Positions 15,816 through 25,913 of a DNA stretch of 64,000 nucleotides are shown one piece after another (the stretch's first letter is position 1; each line of letters begins with the position of its first letter). A program made the translations under genes and the position numbers. The notes below the pieces were generated by a model. That model worked only from the letters and a program-made list of their open reading frames with translations. It was not told where the DNA came from and made no database searches. The stretch is taken from positions 62,001 to 126,000 of IMG/VR virus record IMGVR_UViG_3300037010_001227; one strand, written 5' to 3'.

Positions 15816-16108
15816 TGGTAAACCTTAGTTTAGATTTACATGAATACATGGCAAAGTCAGCTAAAACGTCTTTGTCTATATTAGAATTTTTAAATTTATC
15901 AGAGGATTTATTTTCTTTTTTACACGAACTTGATGAACATTTTAGTTTCTTTTATATTAATGAAACAGCATATGATTCTGTTGTATATACTGGAGGAAAT
16001 AATATTTATTTTTGCAGTGATTTCAATGTCACAACTGGACGAGTAACTAGCGAAATCTTACTTATTCTTTCCGTTTTAAAAATAGACAGAACATCCGATA
16101 TTAACTGA
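15815..16108 (+). CDS. hypothetical protein
   Basis: ORF track; coupled start/stop. Confidence 0.65.
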   Translation: MVNLSLDLHEYMAKSAKTSLSILEFLNLSEDLFSFLHELDEHFSFFYINETAYDSVVYTGGNNIYFCSDFNVTTGRVTSEILLILSVLKIDRTSDIN

Positions 16109-16152
16109 AGGTATGTCAAAAATAGTATTTACAGTATCATTAAAGGATTAGC

Positions 16153-16560
16153 GTGGGTAAAAATTCGAAACGTATTGTTGATGATTTATACGATTGTTCC
16201 ACTTTAGATGAATTAGAACCTTTAGAAGATGCTATTAGTTCTAATAGACTCGCTAAAAGATTACAACAGAATATTAAAAAAATAGATTCACAGAATAAAA
16301 AAGAAAATAAAATGAAGAAATCTTCGGATTCTGCAAATAAAGCCAGTATTTATATGTCCACGGTAGAAGTTCCTGCTAAATGCAACGGATGTGGAAAACA
16401 AATGACAGGTAAATTATTAGATTATTTTTATCAACCTGATGCAAGAATTGTTATCCCTTTTATAGAATACACTTGCTGCCATTGTGGAAAACATGGAAAG
16501 CGTGCTGTAACTGCAGCTGCTTTGTCCCCACACGATTTTGATATGAAATACTTTAACTAA
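16153..16560 (+). CDS. Zn-ribbon hypothetical protein
   Basis: CNGC and CCHC motifs. Confidence 0.7.
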   Translation: MGKNSKRIVDDLYDCSTLDELEPLEDAISSNRLAKRLQQNIKKIDSQNKKENKMKKSSDSANKASIYMSTVEVPAKCNGCGKQMTGKLLDYFYQPDARIVIPFIEYTCCHCGKHGKRAVTAAALSPHDFDMKYFN

Positions 16561-16573
16561 TAAATTAAGTTTT

Positions 16574-17026
16574 ATGGTTAAAATTCAAACAGGAAATGTA
16601 TACCAATTAATAGGGACTACTAGACTGTGCATTGTTGAAAGTCTAATGATATTAGACAACAATAAATTCGCTGTTGTCTATCCACTATCCAATGCTGTAT
16701 ACATGGCTTCTGATATGGATTTTATAATGTTAGATGAACCCTGCTTTAATAATATTTCAACTATGGCAGAAAGCTGGAACAGTTTAGCATTGCCAGTAGA
16801 ATGTTTAGATAACTTAGTAGGAAAATTAAGTTCTAAGTATAAACAATACTTTTCTTCTTTTATTTATTTTAAATATCAGAATGCAAAAAATAAAACTTTA
16901 CGAGTTTTAACTGGTCCTCCACTTAAGAGTAATACTGATATCAGATACTTATTTAGAGCACAGGAACTAGAAGACATTTCTGCAATTAGGGACCAATTAA
17001 TATCGACCGTTTCGCTATCCGAGTAG
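16574..17026 (+). CDS. hypothetical protein, possible PemK/MazF-like fold
   Basis: GNVY...RLCIV...AVVYPLS pattern resembles the PemK N-terminal strands. Confidence 0.4.
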   Translation: MVKIQTGNVYQLIGTTRLCIVESLMILDNNKFAVVYPLSNAVYMASDMDFIMLDEPCFNNISTMAESWNSLALPVECLDNLVGKLSSKYKQYFSSFIYFKYQNAKNKTLRVLTGPPLKSNTDIRYLFRAQELEDISAIRDQLISTVSLSE

Positions 17027-17030
17027 TATA

Positions 17031-17360
17031 ATGGGCATTTCTTTTGTCACACGAAAATATATTTGTAATGATTGTAACCACCATGGATTTGTTTCCTCAG
17101 CAATAAAAAATCATAGTGATATTTCACTATATTTTACTGAAGAGAACAGACCAAAGAACATATCGACAGATCGGCTGTATGTAGAAGTTTTAGAGCGTGA
17201 TGAGATTGGTATAGTTTCAAAACGTGAAATTGTTGAAGCAGTCTGTGAAAATTGTGGTTCTTCAGATTATACACCAGAAGTAGTTCAGAGGTTTGAGAAT
17301 GTTTTGAACTTCTATCCTCTTTGTGAAGCAGCTAAATGGTATAATGGCTTTAACAAGTAA
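17031..17360 (+). CDS. Zn-ribbon hypothetical protein
   Basis: CNDC and CENC motifs. Confidence 0.7.
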   Translation: MGISFVTRKYICNDCNHHGFVSSAIKNHSDISLYFTEENRPKNISTDRLYVEVLERDEIGIVSKREIVEAVCENCGSSDYTPEVVQRFENVLNFYPLCEAAKWYNGFNK

Positions 17361-17410
17361 TCCAATTACTCAATTAAGTCAGTATAAGCTAAATTCTTGG
17401 AAAGTTGTAA

Positions 17411-20400
17411 ATGTCAAAATCATTGATCTCTGCGTTATTCGCTAATAGAATATATAAAGATAATTTCTTAAAGACTTTTCTAAAAGAAGACGTTAAAAAG
17501 CCTTCTATCGGTCAAGATACTTGGGAACGCCTAAAAGCAAGTAAGTTAGTATATATCAATATACCAGCTACTGATTTTATTGCAAATATTTCAGCAACTA
17601 TTGACGCTATCCAAGCATATGCAGCAAAATCTGTTGAACTCAAGAAGTTTAAAGATTATCTAGACACTCTCCGTGCTGATATTAAAGATAGACTTACACC
17701 CAATAGTAATTTAGTAGCTTTTCCAAGTAAGGACGTAAATGAGGATACTCCAGAACATGAAGTTCTAGCATCCGCCAATTTTCCAGTCTCTTTACGAACT
17801 GTATATAGAGATATTATAACAAATTCAAAAGGTATTGATTTTGCTAACTACGGTGTTTCAAAGTTAGCTGTAGAAAGACTTAAGAGTTTCATAGAAACTC
17901 AACTAGAGTATATGAAATCAGAATATGAGAAGCCTGATCGTCAAAGTTTACAGGCCGTTATTAAGAATCCAGAACAGTTCTATAAAGTAATAGTTCCTGT
18001 GAGACCTGATGAATCTACCGTATTAAAACCTCTAAATCTAAATCATTATGCTGAAGAGAAATCTAAAGAAGGTAGAACTTTAAAGAACGCTATTTTTAAT
18101 ATCACTCAAGATTTAGATTCTTTACTTGCATCACCCGCAGTAAAAAATGTTGTTAATAGAGAAACTGGTAAGCATGTCTGGCCAGAAATTGAGAAATATT
18201 TTAGCAAAGGTAAAGTATTATTTACTGACTATCTTAAAATTGCATTATTTTTAGCCTCTCCAGAAGATTTTAAAGCCTTTATAGAGAATAACAACTTAAT
18301 CAATATTATTGGTCAGACTGAAAAAGAGTTCCGAGCACGAGCTGGACAGAGATATACAAATTCTATCTATTCAATCCGAACCGGAGGACAGGATAATATC
18401 TTTAAGGATGCTAATGTTGCTTATCTTTTCACAAGAATCAAACATAGTGAACCAAAAGAACGTAATGGTGTTGTAGTAAATCAATCATTAATTGACCAGA
18501 GAAATGATATTGCAACTTCTGTAAAAGAAATAGCTTCACTTCCAACTGAATTTTATAGGGGTAGATTTTCTTCTTCAACTAATACAAATATTGCTGATAA
18601 CATCTACTATTCTATTATTAGTTCCTTCGGAACCTCTAAAGACTTACAGAAACTTGAAAAGCTACCAGGAATTCCTGATAAGACAGAGGGTTTCTTAACT
18701 CCTGATGCGCGTAGGCATTTACAAAAAGATCTTGGTTATGTAAGTTCTAAACGTAAGTTAGGTGAAAAAGTAACTGATATTATTGACACTTCATTCTCTT
18801 CTGACTATCAAGTAATCCGAGACGTTGCTCAAACTCTTCGGATGAGTTTAGAAACATTACACTCTGAGACAAATAAAGGATATGAATATATTTTCAAGGC
18901 ATTAAGCCGAGCATTAGAACAACATAAGATTTTAAGCCTTGTTGAAAATATTAAGACTCTGAAAGACCAAGCTCTAGTAGATGCTTTCAGAGAAGGTATG
19001 TTCCATAACATTGAAACTGAATTAGGACTAGTAGGCGCGAATTCATTAAAACTAATGTTTGCTTCTAGCTCACGTAAAGAGCTCCTATCACCAGGTTCAA
19101 AAAACATATTTGATGTTTCCAGAGCTGTTAAAAATAAGCTAATTGAAACAAAGAAAGCTATTGAAGCACTAACTGCTAAAGATTTAACTACAATAGTTTC
19201 TGTCTTATCAAAGTCAAATGAGATTTTAGACTATTCAAAAAAGATGCAGAAACCTCTTGAGTTCTCTACTGAATTTTTGGATGAGGCTTTAGCTACCTGC
19301 AATAAATTACACATGCTTGTAATGGATGTTAATGATAATGAAGCAGTTCAAAAAGTTATCATGGATTCAGCGGAAGCTCTACGCAAAGGAGAATATTCCT
19401 TACGAACATTAAATATTATTAAAAATGCTATTAACAAAGATCCAGAGTTAACCTCAAATGAAGGTATCGCTACTTGTTTAGTAAAATTAGACAACATTTT
19501 TGGTTCTTCTACTGAAATTGAACAATATAATGAACTTGTTAAGCAATACTTAGAAATTAAAACAAGTATTAAAAATCTTATTTCTTATAAAACTAACGAA
19601 AAAATTAGTTCTGACTCAGATCGTAGTTTAGGATTTGATTTAGTTATCCATCCTTTTGATAAACTACTTCAAAATATCAACAACTGGATTGAACTTTTAG
19701 ATGAAGATGAAATAGAATCCTGGAGAGAACAGCGTAAAGAAGGCGTCATTAAGTCTGAAGAAGATATTAAAGATGCTATAATTTCAGCTCAGATCCGAAT
19801 GAATACTGAACGAGCACAGAAAGAAGCTGCGAAAAGACGGCTTGTTCCTGGAAGTTCTCTATCAGGAAATGCTTATACTACTACTGAGCAAGAATTACGT
19901 AAAGTTTTTGAAGCTAACCTACGTCAAGCAGGTGATAGAGCCAAAGAATTTTATAATGACATTCTCAAGATAGTTGAATCAGACAAGAAGTTCCAAGAAT
20001 ACTTAAAGTATGCTGGAAAAGAAGAGTTCGACGAAGAGACTGGCGAAAAGAAAGATGCCTTCAATGATGAAGAATTAAAAAATTATCTTTTCGATACTTT
20101 TAGTAAGGTTATTCAAAAGTTCCAAAGTGGTCTAGCTACAGAAAATCCTGAACTTGAAGCTGAAATGGCTCCAATACAAGCACAAGCTCTTCAGAAAACT
20201 GATAGACCTGGAGGAGTATTACGTGATGGTATTTCTGGTAAATCTCGCACTATTACAGAGTTTCCCGATGGTTCTGCTCTAACAATTTTTAAAACTACTC
20301 CAAGTAAGGAACTTCTAGATAATTTTTCTGATCTATTCCCAGATGCAACAGTTGACACATTCACTGATTACCGAAATGGTAAAGCTTTTGGTCATGATGG

Positions 20401-23344
20401 ACTACGTTTAGCTGATTTCGTTACAATTTTACCTGAAGCCGAGTTCAAAATTTTTAAAGAACGTTTACGTGCTATTGAGAGCAAGAAACGTATTATCAAA
20501 ACAAAAGCATTCACAACATTTAGCACAATTATTAAAAATGCTATTGATACTGGAAATATTGTATATCCAGTTAGAGTAGAAATAGCTTCAACTATCACTA
20601 ATCTTGATCTAAAGAGTTCCGCATTTTTAAATATTGCAACTGCTATTTCTCATTATGAGGATATTAATAATTTTACATTAGGTAACCATGGTCGTTCAGC
20701 TGATGTAATCAATGCATTATTTAATATGTCAGAATATCCTGTTATTCTTAACCAGGATCGTTGTGTTGCATTAGCTGTTAAGTGTTATATTCTTGAACTT
20801 CTTTTAGATGCAATCAAAAAATCATCTGTAGATAGTTTAATATCTGCAGCCTCTATAAACTTCTTAGATACTTCAACCACAGAAAACGTCAAACTCAATA
20901 AAGAAGCTACTGACATTTTTCGTTCAAGTGTTGCTAAAGCAATTGAAAAAGACTTTAATCCTACTTCAGGCACTTTTGCCAAAGAGTATGAAGTTACCAA
21001 AAAGATGCTACTGTCAGCTATTGATGGTTCAGCAAATGCTGTATCTATTCTAGTAGCTTCTGGTTCTATTGTAGGTAAGACTACTATAAATCCAAAAAAT
21101 GAAAGTCAAGTAGAAGGTATCATTAAGTCTCGCGGTATTGCTGGTCTATCAATCATTAAGAATAGTGACAAGACTTCAGATTCTGTTAAACTGTTTATTA
21201 CTAAGCTAATGGCAAATACCTCCACAATAGCAGACAATTTAAAGGCTACTGTTAATATCATCACAAGCGGTATTTCATATACTTTAGCCAGACAAGCTCT
21301 CATCACCTCAGCACAGAAAAATAATGAGAGAGTTAGTGATAAATTAGAAGAATTTGATCGAAACGAAAAGTGGGTTCAGTTTACTAGTAAGTTCAAACTT
21401 ACTAAAGATAAGATAGCAAACAAGAGTGTTATCGTTCAAGACGATGATTCAGGTGCTTCTAACCTACGAAATATTTATCTGAATTCTTTCTTAACAGATT
21501 TTGAAAGACTATTCAAAAATATTCAAAAACTGAAGATTGACAGAGAAACACAAGAAGTTGAAGAGACAGAAGATCAGTCCGCCTTTGATGAAAAGCAAGA
21601 AATTGAAGCTACTGGAGTTGCTATTTTAGGTTTATACCAGTCTGGTGAAACCGAGAAACTACAAAGTGGCTCTATTCTCCCTGGAAGTGAGGCAGAGAAG
21701 CTAGTAAATAAACAACGTTCTAAGCAAGGTGATAGTTCAGTTAAACGGGCTATTAAACAGGGTGGTACGGTAACTCTTCCAAAGTCAATGGTTAAACCTT
21801 CTAAATCTGGTGGTTTAGAAGCAGTAGTAAATCTAAGCGTTGGTAGAACTTACAAGAATGTTACAAAGGAATTACTATCTGGCCAATCTCGTTCTATGGA
21901 TATGACTGGGATTAAGGGAGTTGCAAAAGCTTCCTTCAATGAACATAAAAACATTAAGCAGATTTATGATAGTATTGAAGCTGAGTTAGTAACAATTAAC
22001 AAAATATTATCACTATCTTGTGGCGCATTTGAAAATCCAGAAAAGGCCAAAGCTGATCTGTTTGAATATAGTAACAATATTTCTAGATCAGTAACTATTG
22101 TAGAAAGCGCTTTGCGAGACTTTTATATAGATGGTAAGGTAGTTTTCAATAAGAAAGAAGTTCAAGCAGCAGCAAGACAAAAATTAACCGCCATCCCGCA
22201 TCCTCTAATATCTCCAGAAAGTTCTTTCGCTTTCTTACTACACCCAGATTTAGGTAAACAAGCTCTTGCTACACATGAATCTTCTTATAAAAAGATTGAT
22301 GAGGGTATTAAAGAACATTGGAAGATTTTAATCAATTCCTTACTTGTAGATGGTAAAGCTTCAATAGACGAAATTTTTACTGCAATCCGAACTAAATTTG
22401 AAGTTGTTGAAGCACCTCTCGGAAAAACCGAATTACCAGAAAAACCAGCTCAAGAAAAAGTTAAGTTTAGCGTGGAAGATTTAACCAACTTTGAAGACTC
22501 TTTCTTTAGTAATGCAGTATCTACAAAAGTTTTAAATACTTTTGTTGTTGCTTTACTTGACAAATATAAAGATGTTGAAAAAACTAGTCCTGATAAATTA
22601 GCGAAAACTAAGGAAGCTGTTAATGCAAGTTTAGTAAAAATACTAGAATTCTGTGGACAAAAGATTAAATTCTTTAAAAACTTACTAACTTCTGATATGG
22701 ACGCAGTTAGTCTACAAACCAAGTATAATGATTCTATTCAACCCATAGTAAACCACTTGTTTACTCTTGAAAACATTATAAATGCTGTAGGGTTAGATGG
22801 TAGTTTGTCTTCTAGTGTTGATGCAGTTGAAAAAGAATTAGATACACTTCAAAAAGAAATGGATTCACGTAAGACAGTAGAATCTATTTTATATAATTTC
22901 TTCAAAGTTATTAATGAAGTAAATGATGCTGGAAATGATGAAGCTGCAATAATGCAGAAAGATTCAGAGCTACTCCCAACTGCTGGAAAATCAGAAGAAG
23001 CTAAGTCAAAGAAATATGACTTCAGTAAAAACTCTACAATAGATGATATAGCAAAAGATTATAAGTTCATCTATAAAAATTCTGCATGGGATATAATTTT
23101 CCCAAATATTAAGAATGAATTTATTGCAGTATTTGTAACAGAGTTTGTCCGTGGTCCTCTCTACAGACACTATATGCAAAGCTTATTCAAGAGTGCATAT
23201 TACATTAAAGTATTAGCAAAAGCTGGTACTATAAATGAAGAATCTGTTACTGGTAAATTCTTAATTAGTATAGGTGATTTCGAGTTGCTTCATGATTTCG
23301 CTAATGGCGAAGATTTGACAGATAGAGCAATAGCAACCAAGTAA
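17411..23344 (+). CDS. 1977-aa helical hypothetical protein (probable virion/internal protein)
   Basis: Uninterrupted ORF; no catalytic motif recognised. Confidence 0.85.
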   Translation: MSKSLISALFANRIYKDNFLKTFLKEDVKKPSIGQDTWERLKASKLVYINIPATDFIANISATIDAIQAYAAKSVELKKFKDYLDTLRADIKDRLTPNSNLVAFPSKDVNEDTPEHEVLASANFPVSLRTVYRDIITNSKGIDFANYGVSKLAVERLKSFIETQLEYMKSEYEKPDRQSLQAVIKNPEQFYKVIVPVRPDESTVLKPLNLNHYAEEKSKEGRTLKNAIFNITQDLDSLLASPAVKNVVNRETGKHVWPEIEKYFSKGKVLFTDYLKIALFLASPEDFKAFIENNNLINIIGQTEKEFRARAGQRYTNSIYSIRTGGQDNIFKDANVAYLFTRIKHSEPKERNGVVVNQSLIDQRNDIATSVKEIASLPTEFYRGRFSSSTNTNIADNIYYSIISSFGTSKDLQKLEKLPGIPDKTEGFLTPDARRHLQKDLGYVSSKRKLGEKVTDIIDTSFSSDYQVIRDVAQTLRMSLETLHSETNKGYEYIFKALSRALEQHKILSLVENIKTLKDQALVDAFREGMFHNIETELGLVGANSLKLMFASSSRKELLSPGSKNIFDVSRAVKNKLIETKKAIEALTAKDLTTIVSVLSKSNEILDYSKKMQKPLEFSTEFLDEALATCNKLHMLVMDVNDNEAVQKVIMDSAEALRKGEYSLRTLNIIKNAINKDPELTSNEGIATCLVKLDNIFGSSTEIEQYNELVKQYLEIKTSIKNLISYKTNEKISSDSDRSLGFDLVIHPFDKLLQNINNWIELLDEDEIESWREQRKEGVIKSEEDIKDAIISAQIRMNTERAQKEAAKRRLVPGSSLSGNAYTTTEQELRKVFEANLRQAGDRAKEFYNDILKIVESDKKFQEYLKYAGKEEFDEETGEKKDAFNDEELKNYLFDTFSKVIQKFQSGLATENPELEAEMAPIQAQALQKTDRPGGVLRDGISGKSRTITEFPDGSALTIFKTTPSKELLDNFSDLFPDATVDTFTDYRNGKAFGHDGLRLADFVTILPEAEFKIFKERLRAIESKKRIIKTKAFTTFSTIIKNAIDTGNIVYPVRVEIASTITNLDLKSSAFLNIATAISHYEDINNFTLGNHGRSADVINALFNMSEYPVILNQDRCVALAVKCYILELLLDAIKKSSVDSLISAASINFLDTSTTENVKLNKEATDIFRSSVAKAIEKDFNPTSGTFAKEYEVTKKMLLSAIDGSANAVSILVASGSIVGKTTINPKNESQVEGIIKSRGIAGLSIIKNSDKTSDSVKLFITKLMANTSTIADNLKATVNIITSGISYTLARQALITSAQKNNERVSDKLEEFDRNEKWVQFTSKFKLTKDKIANKSVIVQDDDSGASNLRNIYLNSFLTDFERLFKNIQKLKIDRETQEVEETEDQSAFDEKQEIEATGVAILGLYQSGETEKLQSGSILPGSEAEKLVNKQRSKQGDSSVKRAIKQGGTVTLPKSMVKPSKSGGLEAVVNLSVGRTYKNVTKELLSGQSRSMDMTGIKGVAKASFNEHKNIKQIYDSIEAELVTINKILSLSCGAFENPEKAKADLFEYSNNISRSVTIVESALRDFYIDGKVVFNKKEVQAAARQKLTAIPHPLISPESSFAFLLHPDLGKQALATHESSYKKIDEGIKEHWKILINSLLVDGKASIDEIFTAIRTKFEVVEAPLGKTELPEKPAQEKVKFSVEDLTNFEDSFFSNAVSTKVLNTFVVALLDKYKDVEKTSPDKLAKTKEAVNASLVKILEFCGQKIKFFKNLLTSDMDAVSLQTKYNDSIQPIVNHLFTLENIINAVGLDGSLSSSVDAVEKELDTLQKEMDSRKTVESILYNFFKVINEVNDAGNDEAAIMQKDSELLPTAGKSEEAKSKKYDFSKNSTIDDIAKDYKFIYKNSAWDIIFPNIKNEFIAVFVTEFVRGPLYRHYMQSLFKSAYYIKVLAKAGTINEESVTGKFLISIGDFELLHDFANGEDLTDRAIATK

Positions 23345-23362
23345 CAATATAAAGGTAACTTT

Positions 23363-23395
23363 AAAGCCTCCGACAAAAAGGAGGCTTTAATTTTT
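23363..23395 (+). terminator. intrinsic terminator
   Basis: AAAGCCTCC/GGAGGCTTT stem plus T run. Confidence 0.75.
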
Positions 23396-23406
23396 AATTA
23401 AATGAT

Positions 23407-25542
23407 ATGAATACAGTAACTTTCCACGTCGATAATATATTAAAACGATTAGATGAAACTCTGATGAATCTAAATATCCCTAATAAGTTAGACACAGGGA
23501 TGGATACTTCTACCACAGCACAAAATATGAAAACTGGTTCAACATTCAAGAACTGGATTGGCCCAGATTATAATCCTGGTGAGGTTCATTTGAATAAACC
23601 TCGATCATATTCTGGCGGAGCCTTAACAAGTATGTCAAAAAATGTAGCTTCTATATTATTTGATAATAATGTTAGAAAACAAAAAGTAACTTTGTTACGT
23701 ATTTTAAAAACTGTTCCCATGCGAGAATTTCATACTCCAGTATTAAATTACAAGTTTATTAATTTAATGGAAGCTTCTAATATGTATCCATTAAGTAATA
23801 AATTTTTTCAATCTTTTGGTGATGCACATAATGTGTATGTAGAATACAAAGGAGCTTTAGCTACAGTAGTTTCTGGTGGTACCTATCGGAATTATCTAAC
23901 TACTAGTCAGGGAAATAATAGTAGCACTCATGAATATCTTCAAAAGATTAGTGATCCAATTCTACAACAAATTAAACAAAAAGCATTGCAGTTGTTTAAA
24001 CATCCTGAAGATATTGAATTTATTAACACTGCTATAGGAACGGAAGTCATACCTTCTGTGGTGTATGATGGTATATCTCTTGGTGTTATTGATACGGCAA
24101 ATCTAAATATTTCTAATAATGCCCTATCAACGTCTCCGATTAAAAATATCTTACCAGCACATTTACGAAATAAAGCATCGGTCATTATGCATGCAAATTA
24201 TACTTCATCTAGTGAATTTGCGAGTTTGTCACAGGAAATTATTAATGACTTACATGCACACTTACACGCTGTAGATACAATGTCACCAACAGTTTATAGT
24301 AACAACATAATGGATGATATGAATCAGGTGTTCCAGTTAAGTAAACGAGATCCTTCAAATACATACAGAACTATTTACAAATCTACAGTTACTGTTTGTA
24401 ACTGGATAGTAAATGACTTGAACAATGCTATTGATTCAAGCACTAATAAGCCTGACTTATATTTTAGTAATCCACCGATGGAAAAAATCATTCCTTTACT
24501 TAAAAAGGGTAAGAATGATAACATGCCGTTTATTGTTGTTAGAGCATTGACTGAACGAGATGGTAAAAATGATCCTCTTCAGATTCGATGTTTTGGAACA
24601 GAATGTCAGAAACGAGCAGAAACTGGATACAAAGCATATAAAAAAGTAAACAAAGTAGCTATCATTCCACCTGGATTTAATAACTATATTACTTCAAAAG
24701 CTAATGGTGCAGCTTCTGTAGAAGACTATATTAATCAATTAAGACAGCTCCTTCCCTCAGAAGCTAACTCATATAAAGGTAGTTCAGAAGGAACTGAAAT
24801 TTTTTATACTGCATTACGTAGTTGCTATGCTGGAAACGGTAAGTTCAAGTCAATGCCTTTGTTTAAATATCTACCTCCTATTCTCTATCAAGATACTGAA
24901 AACAAATTTGAGTTATACACTTCGTTTAAAGATTTATCTATGTCAGCTTTACCTTATATGGAAAAACTCAAAGACAAATCTTTACTTAATGCTGAACAAT
25001 TTCAAGCACTTCCAAGAAATATGAACCAAGCTGCGTTCATGTTATTTGTGCCTTTAGATAAACAGGATAATCTTTCGACTACCATACGTCCTATTCAACC
25101 AGATTCTGTTGATTCTATTGAAGCGCAACGTGCAATAACTATGTCTGATGAAGAAACACCTTCTGGAAATAGAATTCCTACAATGATTCCTATGAAAGTA
25201 ATCAGAGAACAGTTATCAAAAGATCTAGATCGAGTAAGAGATTTAAATGACTTAATGACTGTAAGTACAAAATTTTCAATAGTTCTTAAGAATCTATCTA
25301 GAGGTTTTTGGACCGCTAAGGGTGGAACATTAGAAGGTATTAAAAACCTAGAAGAAGGAACTCTTCTGGGTATGTATAATATTTTACTTCCAGATAACGT
25401 AGCAACTTCAGATAAACCAGTAGACATTGATGTTCTTGGTGGAAGATTAAATATTTTAAGCTTACAAGATGCTGCATATTTCAAAAAATTAAGAGATGCA
25501 GCTATAGAGTCCGCCAGCGCTTCTTTTAGCAAGGGTCAATAA
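23407..25542 (+). CDS. 711-aa hypothetical protein
   Basis: Long ORF with phage-like codon usage. Confidence 0.8.
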   Translation: MNTVTFHVDNILKRLDETLMNLNIPNKLDTGMDTSTTAQNMKTGSTFKNWIGPDYNPGEVHLNKPRSYSGGALTSMSKNVASILFDNNVRKQKVTLLRILKTVPMREFHTPVLNYKFINLMEASNMYPLSNKFFQSFGDAHNVYVEYKGALATVVSGGTYRNYLTTSQGNNSSTHEYLQKISDPILQQIKQKALQLFKHPEDIEFINTAIGTEVIPSVVYDGISLGVIDTANLNISNNALSTSPIKNILPAHLRNKASVIMHANYTSSSEFASLSQEIINDLHAHLHAVDTMSPTVYSNNIMDDMNQVFQLSKRDPSNTYRTIYKSTVTVCNWIVNDLNNAIDSSTNKPDLYFSNPPMEKIIPLLKKGKNDNMPFIVVRALTERDGKNDPLQIRCFGTECQKRAETGYKAYKKVNKVAIIPPGFNNYITSKANGAASVEDYINQLRQLLPSEANSYKGSSEGTEIFYTALRSCYAGNGKFKSMPLFKYLPPILYQDTENKFELYTSFKDLSMSALPYMEKLKDKSLLNAEQFQALPRNMNQAAFMLFVPLDKQDNLSTTIRPIQPDSVDSIEAQRAITMSDEETPSGNRIPTMIPMKVIREQLSKDLDRVRDLNDLMTVSTKFSIVLKNLSRGFWTAKGGTLEGIKNLEEGTLLGMYNILLPDNVATSDKPVDIDVLGGRLNILSLQDAAYFKKLRDAAIESASASFSKGQ

Positions 25543-25892
25543 TGGATAACAGTATTGCTAATTTACCAACCCATCCCGCGCTAATACTCTACGCTCTAAC
25601 AGTATATGGCTATTGCCTGGCTGCTGAGAAAACCAAGACAGATATTCAGTCCAATGATCCGACTGCAAATGGCCTTTTTTATTCGACAGAAGCCAATTAC
25701 AAGACTTTGCAGACATACGACACCACTGAAACACGAGATGCAGATGAAGACTTGGATGACATAATAAACGGCTTGGACCCTGAAATAGCTGAAACATATA
25801 GGAAAGCCATGGAGGAAAATGAAACTCCTCAAGCTGGCGAGGAATCGTCCGATATAGAACAACGGGACTATGACCCGGCCATGGGCACGTAA
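25542..25892 (+). CDS. acidic hypothetical protein
   Basis: ORF track; coupled start. Confidence 0.7.
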   Translation: MDNSIANLPTHPALILYALTVYGYCLAAEKTKTDIQSNDPTANGLFYSTEANYKTLQTYDTTETRDADEDLDDIINGLDPEIAETYRKAMEENETPQAGEESSDIEQRDYDPAMGT

Positions 25893-25913
25893 TCCGCTTC
25901 TATATAGGTTCAG

